Assembly (NCBI GenBank): GCA_037139975.1
Contig: JBAXFJ010000001.1
Location: 48,586 to 112,585 of the forward strand
From: a bacterium
GTDB lineage: Bacteria > Patescibacteriota > Minisyncoccia > Phycocordibacterales > SBAW01
Direction of reading: 5' to 3'
Length of the DNA stretch: 64,000 nt
The position numbers and the translations under genes are program-made. Positions 36,568-46,419 of this stretch are shown in pieces. The notes beneath the pieces are model-generated. The model did not search any database. It was not told where the DNA came from and saw nothing but the letters and a program-made list of their open reading frames with translations. Every line of letters starts with the position of its first letter. The stretch's first letter is position 1.

Positions 36568-36837
36568 TTATTTAGAAACCTTGAGCATTTTTGCCACACT
36601 TGCCTTGCGGCGAGCCGCGGTGTTCTTCTTTATTACCCCGCGCTTGAGCGCCTTGTCGATTGCTTTGTATGCCGTGGCGAGGGCCACGACTCCTTCTTTG
36701 CCTGCGCCCGTGCCAGCTTCCTTAACTGCGCGGACACCTTTAATACCTGCACGCATAGCCAACTTGCGCCCGATATTCATCGACTTTTTGCGCAGCGACT
36801 GGCGATGCGCCTTCTTTGCTCCTCTGGTGATTGCCAT
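36568..36837 (-). CDS. rpsT: 30S ribosomal protein S20
   Basis: AKKAHRQS and AYKAIDKALKRGVIKKNTAARRKA. Confidence 0.92.
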   Translation of the reverse strand: MAITRGAKKAHRQSLRKKSMNIGRKLAMRAGIKGVRAVKEAGTGAGKEGVVALATAYKAIDKALKRGVIKKNTAARRKASVAKMLKVSK

Positions 36838-36900
36838 AGAAAGAGATTACCCTACCCCGCCCCAAAAGACAAGTTTCTCCTTACCTTGTATAGTTATCGC

Positions 36901-37494
36901 ATGATAGGAAAACTCACGGGCCAGTTTGGCGGCACCACACTCGAAGAGTGTGTGGTTGTGGACGTCGCGGGCGTCGGGTATGTTGTGCGGGTCCCCACCG
37001 CGACCCGAGAATGGTGCGTCAAAGCCCATAAGGACCCGGTCTTGGGACTCCTCTCACTCTATATACACACCGCAGTGCGCGAAGACGCCATCGACCTCTA
37101 TGGTTTCCCCACCGAAGCAGAGCTCAGCTTTTTTAAACAGCTCATGAGCGTCTCGGGCATCGGCCCAAAAACTGCGTTGGGGATTTTTGACAAGGCCGAC
37201 GTGAGCGGGCTCGAGAGAGCCATCCGCGCAAGCGACATGGCGACGCTCACCAACGCATTTGGTATCAGCAAAAAGCTCGCCGAGCGCCTGGTGGTTGAGC
37301 TGCGCGACAAAATCAAAGCCACCACCCCCTCGCACGATGCGTTGCAGGCACAAGGCAAAAATAATGACGCTGAGGTCATCGAGGCGCTCATGGCGCTGGG
37401 CTACAATGCCGCCGAGAGTCGCGCCGCACTCAAGAACATTCCTCCTGCCGAGGATATGCGCGAGCGCCTGGGCAAAGCACTCAGAAATATATGA
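36901..37494 (+). CDS. ruvA: Holliday junction branch migration protein RuvA
   Basis: MIGKLTG, GVGY, VREDAIDLYGF, VSGIGPKTAL and ALMALGY. Confidence 0.95.
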   Translation: MIGKLTGQFGGTTLEECVVVDVAGVGYVVRVPTATREWCVKAHKDPVLGLLSLYIHTAVREDAIDLYGFPTEAELSFFKQLMSVSGIGPKTALGIFDKADVSGLERAIRASDMATLTNAFGISKKLAERLVVELRDKIKATTPSHDALQAQGKNNDAEVIEALMALGYNAAESRAALKNIPPAEDMRERLGKALRNI

Positions 37495-38807
37495 AATCTT
37501 TCATCAAAAAACTCATTCCCCAAAAGCTGCTCGAACTCTACCACCTGGCGTTCGCCTATGGCGGCGCAGCGTGGTATCGCTTTCCTTCCCGCACGCTTTT
37601 TGTGATAGGCATCACCGGCACTAAAGGCAAGTCGACCACATCAGAACTTGTCGCTGCTGTTTTGAGAGAAGCTGGGCACACGGTTGCAGTGGCTTCGACT
37701 ATCCATTTTGAAATTGATGCGGCTGATGGCTGTGGTAATCACACGAGCACGCGCGAGCCAAACTTGTTTAAAATGACAATGCCTGGGCGCGCCTACCTGC
37801 AAAAATTTATGCGCCGCGCAGTCGACGCAGGCTGCACTCACGCGGTCATCGAGATGACCTCGGAAGGCGCACGACAATTTCGCCACAAAGGCATTGCACT
37901 CGACGCGCTTGTCTTTACCAACCTGCAGCCTGAACACATCGAGTCACACGGCAGCCTTGAGGCGTATGCTGCGGCAAAGCTTTCGCTCGCACAAAGCCTC
38001 GAGCACTCGCCCAAGCGCCCACGCATCATGGTCGCGAACGCCGACGATGCGTACGGCGAGAAGTTTCTGGAGACAGACGTCGAGCTGCGCGTGCCATTTT
38101 CTCTGCATGATGCCGACCCATGCACCGTCGACGACACCAGCATGCGCTTTTTGTATAAACCTGCCGGCCATTCTGGCGGGAAAGGTGAATTATTTACTGT
38201 ACCGTTGCCCGGCCTCTTTAACCTGAGAAATATTTTAGGCGTACTGGCTTTGGGTGACGCAATGCACATCTCTCTTGCGACCATGAAACGCGCGCTCGAG
38301 CACATCGCTCCTGTTGCGGGCCGTGCCGAACGTGTTGAACGAGGACAGAGTTTTGCTGTGGTGGTTGATTATGCACACACGCCTGACTCATTGCGGGCGC
38401 TCATAGAAGCGTATCGGCCTCCTGAAAAAGAAGAGGCTCTGAAAAGAAAAATAATTTGTATTATGGGTTCGACTGGTGGCGGCCGCGACCAGTGGAAGCG
38501 CCCACTCATGGGGAAAATTGCTGACGAGCTGTGCGACAGCGTCTATCTGACCAACGAAGACCCCTATGACGAAGATCCACAGAAAATAGTGACTGCTATC
38601 AAAGCGGGCTTCACCACACAAACGCCACACGTCGTGCTCGACCGCCGCGAGGCCGTTCGCGCAGCACTGAAAGAAGCGCGCGAGGGTGATGTGGTTTTAA
38701 TCACCGGCAAAGGCACCGACCCCTATATCATGGGCCCCCACGGCTCAAAACAAGACTGGAGCGACAAGCGAGTTGCTGAGGAAGAACTGGATAACTTGCT
38801 TCACTAA
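37491..38807 (+). CDS. murE: UDP-MurNAc-tripeptide synthetase
   Basis: GITGTKGKSTT, FTNLQPEH, VDYAHTPD, GGRDQWKRPLMG and EDP. Confidence 0.88.
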   Translation: MKSFIKKLIPQKLLELYHLAFAYGGAAWYRFPSRTLFVIGITGTKGKSTTSELVAAVLREAGHTVAVASTIHFEIDAADGCGNHTSTREPNLFKMTMPGRAYLQKFMRRAVDAGCTHAVIEMTSEGARQFRHKGIALDALVFTNLQPEHIESHGSLEAYAAAKLSLAQSLEHSPKRPRIMVANADDAYGEKFLETDVELRVPFSLHDADPCTVDDTSMRFLYKPAGHSGGKGELFTVPLPGLFNLRNILGVLALGDAMHISLATMKRALEHIAPVAGRAERVERGQSFAVVVDYAHTPDSLRALIEAYRPPEKEEALKRKIICIMGSTGGGRDQWKRPLMGKIADELCDSVYLTNEDPYDEDPQKIVTAIKAGFTTQTPHVVLDRREAVRAALKEAREGDVVLITGKGTDPYIMGPHGSKQDWSDKRVAEEELDNLLH

Positions 38808-38835
38808 TATCCCAAAAGTACGATACTATACACGC

Positions 38836-39069
38836 ATGGCAGGAGGAGAAGACAAACCAGCACCCATGAACCCTTGGGAGCCTGTGCTTTTGCTTGTGGG
38901 GGCTTTAATCATTGGTACGGTGTTGATCTGGCAACGTGGTGGATTCTCGGGCGTACGAAGCGCTGGCAGCGTTCTGATCAACCCACCCCAAACAAATACT
39001 ATTGAGCCCAATACACAAACAACACCAACAGACGCCTCAAGCACTCAAACAACACAGCCAACGCCTTAA
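38836..39069 (+). CDS. Small single-TM protein
   Basis: MAGGEDK..., one TM helix and a Thr/Pro tail. Confidence 0.5.
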   Translation: MAGGEDKPAPMNPWEPVLLLVGALIIGTVLIWQRGGFSGVRSAGSVLINPPQTNTIEPNTQTTPTDASSTQTTQPTP

Positions 39070-39087
39070 TCACCCAACACTATAGAC

Positions 39088-39489
39088 ATGCTCAACCCGT
39101 TCCCCCACTTGCTCAACTATGGTTTTTTTGCGCCGACGCTTTTGCGCGTGACCGTGGCGTGCCTTATGTTCTTTATTGCACAACAGGCGTGGCTCGGAGC
39201 AAAAACTATTGCGGCAATACCCTTTCCTCTGGTTGGAAAAACAAAACCCTGGGTGATACACATTGCCGCAGGCATCACCGCGCTCGTGGGACTTACTCTG
39301 TTTTTTGGATACAACACCCAGTGGGCCGCACTGGTGGGCATCCTCATTGCAATCAAGCTCACTTATTTTAGAAAACAGCTCGGACAAACCATCGGGCTTC
39401 CTGTTTTAGCATATGCTTTTTTGGTTATACTCTGCGCATCGCTTCTCCTCACGGGCGCAGGAGCACTCGCGTTTGACCTGCCGTTGTAA
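39088..39489 (+). CDS. DoxX-like membrane protein
   Basis: APTLLRV, GYNTQWAAL and LLLTGAGALAFD. Confidence 0.75.
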   Translation: MLNPFPHLLNYGFFAPTLLRVTVACLMFFIAQQAWLGAKTIAAIPFPLVGKTKPWVIHIAAGITALVGLTLFFGYNTQWAALVGILIAIKLTYFRKQLGQTIGLPVLAYAFLVILCASLLLTGAGALAFDLPL

Positions 39490-39521
39490 AAATACGAGGC
39501 GGTGGTAGTTTGTGGAGGCAT

Positions 39522-39992
39522 ATGATTTTAATTCTCCACAACATTCGCAGTGTCCATAATGTGGGCTCAATTTTTCGTACTGCAGATGCAGCAGGTGTCT
39601 CTCGCATCATCCTGTCGGGATATACCCCAACCCCGCTCGACCGTTTTGGCCGCGAACGCAGCGACTTTGCGAAGGTGTCGTTGGGCGCCGAAAAAACCGT
39701 TGCTTGGACTCAGGTGAAGACACTTGGGGCAACGCTCACAAAACTTAAAAAAGAGCATTGCTGCGTTGTGGCAATTGAGCAAGACAAGCGCTCGGTTCCC
39801 CTCTTTGGTTTCACCCCACACAAAGAACAAGAGTTGGTGGTCATTGTGGGAAACGAAGTGCGCGGCATCTCAAAACCACTGCTCAAAAAGTGCGACGCCA
39901 TTCTCGAGATCCCCATGCACGGCACAAAAGAATCACTCAACGTCTCGGTCACCGCCGGCATCGCCCTGTTCGTGCTCACCCAAAAAATCTAA
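39522..39992 (+). CDS. TrmH/SpoU RNA methyltransferase
   Basis: NIRSVHNVGSIFRTAD, GNEVRG and IPMHGTKESLNVS. Confidence 0.92.
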   Translation: MILILHNIRSVHNVGSIFRTADAAGVSRIILSGYTPTPLDRFGRERSDFAKVSLGAEKTVAWTQVKTLGATLTKLKKEHCCVVAIEQDKRSVPLFGFTPHKEQELVVIVGNEVRGISKPLLKKCDAILEIPMHGTKESLNVSVTAGIALFVLTQKI

Positions 39993-40052
39993 TTTGGTCC
40001 GCCCTGTTGAAATTCGTAAATAGAACCATTGTCTGCTATACTACAAAGGTAT

Positions 40053-40125
40053 CCGCCCATAGCTCAGTTGGTAGAGCAATTCCCTTTTAAGGAAGTGGTC
40101 CTTGGTTCGAATCCAAGTGGGCGGA
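40053..40125 (+). tRNA. tRNA-Lys(TTT)
   Basis: CCGCCCA/TGGGCGG stem, anticodon TTT, GGTTCGAATCC. Confidence 0.94.
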
Positions 40126-40126
40126 C

Positions 40127-40954
40127 ATGAATGATTTCAGACAGCAGTGCATTGAACTAAGAGACAAAGACTACACACTTCCTGAAATTGTGCGCATGAC
40201 GGGAAGAGCAAAGAGTTCGGTCTATTTCCATATACGGAACCTTCCACTCAGCGCACTGAAACAGCAAAATATTAAGGAACGCTCTCGGAAACAGGCGTCA
40301 CAAATCGCCCTCGCGAGAAAAGGGAAAAGTATTCGTATCTTTCGGCCTTTTTCAACATGGGACGTACCGACCGTATGTCTTGTGTCCCACCTGCTTTTTG
40401 ACGGAGAAGTAAATAATCGTGGATGTACCTATAATAATAGAAATATTTCGTTACTAAAACGCGTAGAGGCGTGCATGAAGGGAGTGTATGATTTTGAACC
40501 AAAGAAGTATAAAAATACATTAACTGGCGTACTACGAATTAGTTATTACAACGTTGCCTTGGGCGCATATATGCAACAGAAATCTTTGCAACTACTCGAT
40601 GAGATTGTTGAAGCGCCGAAAGAACTCAAGCGTGAATTCCTTCGAGCGTTTTTTGATGACGAAGGATGTATGGACTTTAGACCAAAAGAGAGACGGCGAG
40701 GAGTGCGCGGGTATCAAAAAAATACCAGGATATTAAAGAGTATACAAACACTTCTCGCAGATTTTTACATTACCGCAACACTCAAACTCCCCAATGAAGT
40801 TGTGGTTACCGGTAAAAATAACCTTCAAAAGTTCCAACAAGAAATCAACTTTTCTCCAGGAATTTTTATAAACGGAGAACGATCAAACAGTATTTGGAAA
40901 GAAAATTTAGAGAAACGAGAATTACTCATTCGCGCACTCAATTCGTTCAAGTAA
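40127..40954 (+). CDS. HTH plus double-motif LAGLIDADG endonuclease-like protein
   Basis: N-terminal HTH (TLPEIVRMTGRAKSSVY); motifs LVSHLLFDGEV and FLRAFFDDEGC; AT-rich. Confidence 0.8.
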   Translation: MNDFRQQCIELRDKDYTLPEIVRMTGRAKSSVYFHIRNLPLSALKQQNIKERSRKQASQIALARKGKSIRIFRPFSTWDVPTVCLVSHLLFDGEVNNRGCTYNNRNISLLKRVEACMKGVYDFEPKKYKNTLTGVLRISYYNVALGAYMQQKSLQLLDEIVEAPKELKREFLRAFFDDEGCMDFRPKERRRGVRGYQKNTRILKSIQTLLADFYITATLKLPNEVVVTGKNNLQKFQQEINFSPGIFINGERSNSIWKENLEKRELLIRALNSFK

Positions 40955-40985
40955 CCAACGCTCTTGTGAATCAGCGCAGGACTAT

Positions 40986-41669
40986 TTAAAGCGTGAGCGC
41001 GAAACGCTCAAGCAAGAGCGCGAGGTCACCTGCGCCGCGGTGAGAGTCATGATAGAGCGAGACGAGCGTTCGAGATAATTTGTGTAACTCGGCTTTTGCA
41101 TATTTCGAGCTCGGGCCGCTGGTGAGCATTTGTCGCACCTTCCACACCAAGATGCCCGCAGTGGCCTCGGGCTTCTCCCCCGCTGCAGATGACTTCACAA
41201 TGCCAAGCCAGAGCCGCTTTCTGTCACGACTCGCGAGCGCCGCAGTGACACTAAACGGATCAAAGCCTTTGTCTTTTTTGACTGGCGCTTTGTGCACTTC
41301 TATTTTTGCACCAGTCTTTTCAAGCACAGTGGTTGGGCCTTTCAACAACTTTTCTTCTTCAAAGAGAAAGAGGTGTGCTGACACTTGCAATTCTTTTGCC
41401 AATTTCAAAAACTCCTCCCCCCGTTCGCCCGCGAGTGCGCCCGAAAAGCGAAATGCGAGCACCCCACCAAAAAGCGTCTCGGTCCGCGCAAGCGAAAGCA
41501 TTTCTTCTGCGTTCAGATTCTGCCAATCCAAGTCTTCGGGCGTAGCCGAAGCAAAAACTTCTTGAGGAAATGGTCTGGCCCGAAGCTCGCCCGAAAGCGA
41601 GCGAGGGAGGCCCGAGGACCTTTCTGAAAGAAGTTTTTGCGGAGGATTTCCAACAACAACATGTATCAT
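40986..41669 (-). CDS. holA: Probable DNA polymerase III delta subunit (divergent)
   Basis: TLFGG motif, FSVTAALASRDRKRLW and LLLERFAL; follows polA. Confidence 0.6.
   Translation of the reverse strand: MIHVVVGNPPQKLLSERSSGLPRSLSGELRARPFPQEVFASATPEDLDWQNLNAEEMLSLARTETLFGGVLAFRFSGALAGERGEEFLKLAKELQVSAHLFLFEEEKLLKGPTTVLEKTGAKIEVHKAPVKKDKGFDPFSVTAALASRDRKRLWLGIVKSSAAGEKPEATAGILVWKVRQMLTSGPSSKYAKAELHKLSRTLVSLYHDSHRGAGDLALLLERFALTL
41551..41640. repeat. 90-bp palindromic element inserted in frame in holA
   Basis: Perfect 13-bp ends GCAAAAACTTCTT / AAGAAGTTTTTGC; core shared with the ileS and argS copies. Confidence 0.85.
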
Positions 41670-44050
41670 AGTTTCAATTCGTGCATGTCGCCCCAATTTT
41701 TGCCGCGCTTCCCTTCCACCGTAAATGGGATGCCTCGGCTTTTTTGACGTGAGACGATTCCTTCCATAATTTCTCTAACCTTTGGCGCATACGTGGCGAC
41801 TTTTTCTTCTGTAACCTCAAACACTAACTCGTCATGCACGTGCAACAGCAGGTGCACTGTGTCGTCGAGCTTCTCTTTCTCTATCCATGCACCCATTGCA
41901 ACCATCGCCAACTTGTTGATGTCGGCCGAAGTTCCCTGAATGGGCGCGTTGATGGCCATGCGCTCCGCAGACGCGCGCACAAAGGGAATGGTTGACTGAA
42001 TGCCTTCAAAATATCTGCGGCGACCAAAAAGTGTCTCGGTGTAACCTAAGCGCGCCGCGTCTTGTTTAACGCCCTCAAGATAGCTCGCCAGGCGTGGAAA
42101 CGCGGCAAAGTACTGATTAAAAAATTCTTGTGCCTCTGCGCGACTGGTTCCCAAAGACTCGCGCAGCGCACTCACCCCCATGCCATAGAGGATGCCAAAG
42201 TTGATGATTTTTGCACGACGGCGCTGTTCATAGGTGACGTTGTCCTGTGCCACCCCAAAAACCCGGGCCGCAACTTCAGCATGAACATCGCGACCATTTT
42301 TAAATATCTCAGTAAGTGCGTCATCTTCAGAAAGAAGCGCAGCGATGCGCAGCTCTATTTGCGAGTAATCAAACGAGACCAGCTCCATCCCCTCGCTCGC
42401 CACAAAGGCATGACGAATAGCCCGACCAAGTTCGGTTTTAATGGGAATGTTTTGGAGGTTTGGGTCTTTGGAGGCAACTCTCCCTGTGGTGGTTCCTGTT
42501 TGTATGTATGTCGTGTGGAGCTTTTTGTGGTCATCAAGCAGTGTGGGGATGGTGTCGATATAGGTCGAAAGCAGTTTTTGTAATTCGCGATGCGCCAGGA
42601 TGTCGGCGATGGCAGGGTGCAGATCGCGCATCTTTTCGAGCTCAGACTCGCGCGTCGAACGTTGTCCAGTGGCTGTCTTTTTTTGGTTTTTAGGCACCAA
42701 GAGCAGCCGGTCAAACAACACTTCACCAAGCTGCTTGGGCGAATTGATGTTGAATTCACCCCCCGCTGCTTCATAGATGCGTGCGGCTATTTTTTTGAGT
42801 TCTGCTGAATAGGTCTCTGAAAGCTGTTTCAAAAAGTCGGTGTCGATGGTGACGCCCCACGTCTCCATTGTGCGCAGCACCGGCGCCAGTGGCAGCTCTA
42901 TCTTTTCATATACAAAACCAAGGCTATTTTCTTGTATCTGCTCCAGAATATTCTTTCTCGCCTCTTCAAAGACACGGCTCTTGCCTGCGTTGTATACATC
43001 ATCAAGGTCGGGACTGCTGATGTTTGAGTCCAACACCCAGACCGCAAGCGCTATTTTTTGCAGCTCGCGCGGGTCAACGGCCTCAACTTGTGCGTGTTCG
43101 GCAGCGTCTTCTTCAAGAAGTAGCCCCGGCTGCAGCAGCGCCTTGACCCTTCCCACCAGTGCGCGAAATTCAAGTTCAGACAACAAAGCAAACACCTTGT
43201 CTGTCTCAAGACTCTCGCGCCACTCGCGCTCCGGGAGCGAAAAGTTGATAGGCGCGTCGCGCCGAATGGTCGCCAATTCTCTTGAAAAGAGAGCGTCTTT
43301 TTCGTGGTTGGCTACCAACTCAGCAAAACGCTTTTGTATGCCTGACTGCTTTGCTACCGCTTCTACCCCCTCTTTCTCTATTGCTTGATATATTTTCTCG
43401 ATACTGCCAAACGTCCCAAGCAGCTTCATCGCGCTCCCCTCGCCCACACCAGGCACGCCTTTGATGTTATCGCTCGCGTCACCCATAATGCCCTTGAGGT
43501 CGGGTATCGCGTGCGGCCCAAAACCAAAACGCTCCACGATTGCCGCTTCGTCATACAGAATGGTTTCAGACAAACCTTTCTTAAAGGTAAAGACGCGCAC
43601 GCGTTCGTCGTCGATGAGCTGCAGCATATCCATGTCGCCCGAGGCGATGACCACGTCAACGTCGTGTTGCTTCATCTCCTCGGTCACTGTGCCGATGACG
43701 TCGTCGGCCTCAAACCCAGGCGCTTCATACCACGGAATATTAAATGCCCTGAGCACGTCGCGCGACCGACCAAACTGCGCCACCAGCGCGTCGTCGGTTT
43801 TGGCCCGATGCGCTTTATAGTCTTCATACACTTCGTGCCGATGTGTCGGGCCTGCCAAGTCATATGCCGCGACAATATAGTCGGGTTTCAAGTCACTGAC
43901 TGCTTTCAGTAGAATCGAGACCAATCCATAGAGCGCGCCTGTTGGCTCTCCCGCCTTGGTCGAAAAGTCGGGCAGCGCGTGGTATGCCCGATGCAAAATG
44001 CCGTGCATGTCGAGCAGCACCAACCGCTTTTTGTCTTTCTGCCCTTTCAT
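41666..44050 (-). CDS. polA: DNA polymerase I (3'-5' exonuclease domain apparently reduced)
   Basis: 5' nuclease EADD and GDASDNIKGVPGVG; PNLQNIP, DYSQIELR, KIINFGILYG and VHDEL. Confidence 0.96.
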   Translation of the reverse strand: MKGQKDKKRLVLLDMHGILHRAYHALPDFSTKAGEPTGALYGLVSILLKAVSDLKPDYIVAAYDLAGPTHRHEVYEDYKAHRAKTDDALVAQFGRSRDVLRAFNIPWYEAPGFEADDVIGTVTEEMKQHDVDVVIASGDMDMLQLIDDERVRVFTFKKGLSETILYDEAAIVERFGFGPHAIPDLKGIMGDASDNIKGVPGVGEGSAMKLLGTFGSIEKIYQAIEKEGVEAVAKQSGIQKRFAELVANHEKDALFSRELATIRRDAPINFSLPEREWRESLETDKVFALLSELEFRALVGRVKALLQPGLLLEEDAAEHAQVEAVDPRELQKIALAVWVLDSNISSPDLDDVYNAGKSRVFEEARKNILEQIQENSLGFVYEKIELPLAPVLRTMETWGVTIDTDFLKQLSETYSAELKKIAARIYEAAGGEFNINSPKQLGEVLFDRLLLVPKNQKKTATGQRSTRESELEKMRDLHPAIADILAHRELQKLLSTYIDTIPTLLDDHKKLHTTYIQTGTTTGRVASKDPNLQNIPIKTELGRAIRHAFVASEGMELVSFDYSQIELRIAALLSEDDALTEIFKNGRDVHAEVAARVFGVAQDNVTYEQRRRAKIINFGILYGMGVSALRESLGTSRAEAQEFFNQYFAAFPRLASYLEGVKQDAARLGYTETLFGRRRYFEGIQSTIPFVRASAERMAINAPIQGTSADINKLAMVAMGAWIEKEKLDDTVHLLLHVHDELVFEVTEEKVATYAPKVREIMEGIVSRQKSRGIPFTVEGKRGKNWGDMHELKL

Positions 44051-44544
44051 ACCACTTCAATATACCGCGAATCATCGCTCGCAACGCCCTCCGTCTCGCC
44101 CAAGGGCGGGTCGGACGAAAAGCTGAGGGTCAGGTCGGGTTTGGGCAGCACACCCGCGAGCCGCTCGGGCCACTCGACACACACTAAGTTTCTAGAGTCA
44201 CGTAAGAACTCTTCAGGTTTTAGTGTTTGAAATTCTTCTGGTGTATTTAAGCGATACGCATCAATATGTATCAGCTTCCTGAAAGGCGACGCCTTGGAGA
44301 GGTTGGGGGCTAAGGCGTTGCCTTGGGAGATTTCATACGATTTCATCAAAACATACGTTGGACTTTGAACCACACCCTCAACACCCAGTGCTTTTGCGAG
44401 TGCCTGCATGAAAGTAGTTTTTCCTGCCCCTAGGTTGCCCGACAGCGCTAAAAGATACGCTCCATTCTCTTGAGGAGTCTGTTTAATTTTTTTTAAAATC
44501 TGCCTAGCAAAATCCCCTAACTCTTCCAATCGTACCTTTTGCAT
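44047..44544 (-). CDS. tsaE: t6A biosynthesis ATPase TsaE
   Basis: LSGNLGAGKTT, SPTY, HIDAYRL and VEWPE. Confidence 0.93.
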   Translation of the reverse strand: MQKVRLEELGDFARQILKKIKQTPQENGAYLLALSGNLGAGKTTFMQALAKALGVEGVVQSPTYVLMKSYEISQGNALAPNLSKASPFRKLIHIDAYRLNTPEEFQTLKPEEFLRDSRNLVCVEWPERLAGVLPKPDLTLSFSSDPPLGETEGVASDDSRYIEVV

Positions 44545-44567
44545 AAAAGTAGCCTAGCACAACTCAC

Positions 44568-44615
44568 TCAAGGCGACACCTTCCAGAGCTAAGGAGTCGC
44601 CTTAAAACCAAAACA
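44568..44615. repeat. Dispersed REP-like hairpin repeat
   Basis: AAGGCGACACCTT...AAGGAGTCGCCTT; inverted near-copy at 32546-32594. Confidence 0.75.
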
Positions 44616-44633
44616 TCAGTGTACAATAGACAT

Positions 44634-46310
44634 ATGGTAGTTTTTGCAGATGCAGAACAAGAAAAACACCTCGACTTTCTCAAACGGCACGAGGAGGAAG
44701 AGTTGGCACAGATGCTCTCGCACAAGTATGGCGTCGAATACATCGACCTGTCACTCGTTTCCATCAACACTGACGCACTGCGTCTGGTGCCCGAACAAGA
44801 AGCACGCACCATCGAAGCCGCTGCCTTTGGCCAGGTGGGTAAACGCCTCAGCCTCGCGGTACGCGCACCCGAAAGTGTGGCCGCAAAAGAGCTCATCGAA
44901 AAACTTAAAAATCTTGGATACACGATCACCGTGTTTATGTGTTCACAAGAAAGTCTTAAGCACGCCTTTGAGCGTTATGCCGACCTTTCGTATGCGTCGA
45001 GCAGTAAAGCGGGAGTGCTCGAACTCTCGAGCGCTGACCTTGAAGCATTACTCACCAAAGTCGGCAACCTCGGTGACATCAGCAGACTCATCAACGAAGC
45101 AATCAGCATGAAGCGTACCTATCGCATCTCTCGCATCCTGCAAGTTGTCCTCGCGGGCGGCCTCGCGATGAACGCTTCCGACATCCACCTTGAACCAGAA
45201 GAATTGACGGTTCGCCTGCGGTACCGACTCGACGGCATCTTGATTGACGTGCTCACCTTTGACCATGAAACCTACCACCTGGTGCTGTCTCGCCTCAAAC
45301 TCATCTCAGGCCTCAAACTCAACGTCACGGGCGAAGCTCAAGACGGACGCTTCAGCATCAAGCTTCACGGCGACGACGTCGAAATGCGCACGTCGATCCT
45401 CCCCAGCAATTATGGCGAAGCGGTGGTGATGCGTATCCTTAACCCAAAAGCTATTGGCGTCCCCCTCAACGAGCTGGGAATTGAACCAAAACTCCTTACA
45501 CGACTCGAACAGGAGATCCAAAAACCAAACGGCATGATCCTCACCACCGGCCCCACCGGCTCAGGCAAGACCACCACACTCTATGCCTTTTTGCGACGCG
45601 TCAACGAACCAGGGACAAAAATAATTACTATTGAAGACCCAATTGAGTATCACCTTCCCATCGTGCAAACACAGGTGGAAAAAGGCTACACCTTTGCCGA
45701 AGGTCTGCGCAGCGCGCTGCGTGCCGACCCAGACGTCATCATGGTGGGTGAGATCCGCGACGGCGAAGTGGCGACCACCGCCATCAACGCGGCGCTCACG
45801 GGGCACTTGGTTTTTTCGACACTGCACACCAACAACGCGGCGGGTGCCTTCCCCCGCCTCATCGACATGGGGATAAATGAAAAAGTAATCAGTTCGGCCG
45901 TCACCGTCGCGATGGCACAGCGACTCATCCGCACGCTCTGTGTAAAATGTAAAAAAGTCCGCCCCCTTGAACCCAAAGAACAGGAGTTGATTGACGCCTA
46001 CATGAAAGGCCTAGTTGACCAGGCGCTCGTCCCACAAAACACCAAAGAGGTGTCTGACGCAAACAAGGGCGGCTGCGAGGCGTGTGGGGGCCGCGGCTAC
46101 AAAGGCCGCATCGGCATCTATGAAGCGATTTTTATGGATTCAAAAATTGAAGACGTGTTGCGCAGCAAACCAAGCGAGCGTGAGATCTTGGCGGCTTCTC
46201 GGGCACAAGGCATCCCCACCATGCAAGAAGACGGTATCTTAAAAGTCCTTAGAGGTGTCACGTCGCTCAGCGAGCTTGGTCGCGTCATCGACTACAACCA
46301 AGCCTTGTAA
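44634..46310 (+). CDS. Type IV pilus assembly ATPase (PilB/GspE)
   Basis: ASDIHLEP, QDGRF, GPTGSGKTTT, TIEDPIEY, DPDVIMVGEIRD, TGHLVFSTLH and a Cys4 motif. Confidence 0.93.
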   Translation: MVVFADAEQEKHLDFLKRHEEEELAQMLSHKYGVEYIDLSLVSINTDALRLVPEQEARTIEAAAFGQVGKRLSLAVRAPESVAAKELIEKLKNLGYTITVFMCSQESLKHAFERYADLSYASSSKAGVLELSSADLEALLTKVGNLGDISRLINEAISMKRTYRISRILQVVLAGGLAMNASDIHLEPEELTVRLRYRLDGILIDVLTFDHETYHLVLSRLKLISGLKLNVTGEAQDGRFSIKLHGDDVEMRTSILPSNYGEAVVMRILNPKAIGVPLNELGIEPKLLTRLEQEIQKPNGMILTTGPTGSGKTTTLYAFLRRVNEPGTKIITIEDPIEYHLPIVQTQVEKGYTFAEGLRSALRADPDVIMVGEIRDGEVATTAINAALTGHLVFSTLHTNNAAGAFPRLIDMGINEKVISSAVTVAMAQRLIRTLCVKCKKVRPLEPKEQELIDAYMKGLVDQALVPQNTKEVSDANKGGCEACGGRGYKGRIGIYEAIFMDSKIEDVLRSKPSEREILAASRAQGIPTMQEDGILKVLRGVTSLSELGRVIDYNQAL

Positions 46311-46383
46311 CCCCCACACAAGAAGGCGCGGAGGTGCAGCTGCATCGTAAAAGCACTGAGACACGCAGAAAAAATAGGTCAAC

Positions 46384-46412
46384 TTGGCGAGAGCAAAAGA
46401 GAAGAGTAAACT
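46384..46412 (+). promoter_or_regulatory. Sigma70-like promoter for the 6S-like RNA
   Basis: TTGGCG-17 bp-TAAACT. Confidence 0.5.
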
Positions 46413-46419
46413 AGAGAGC

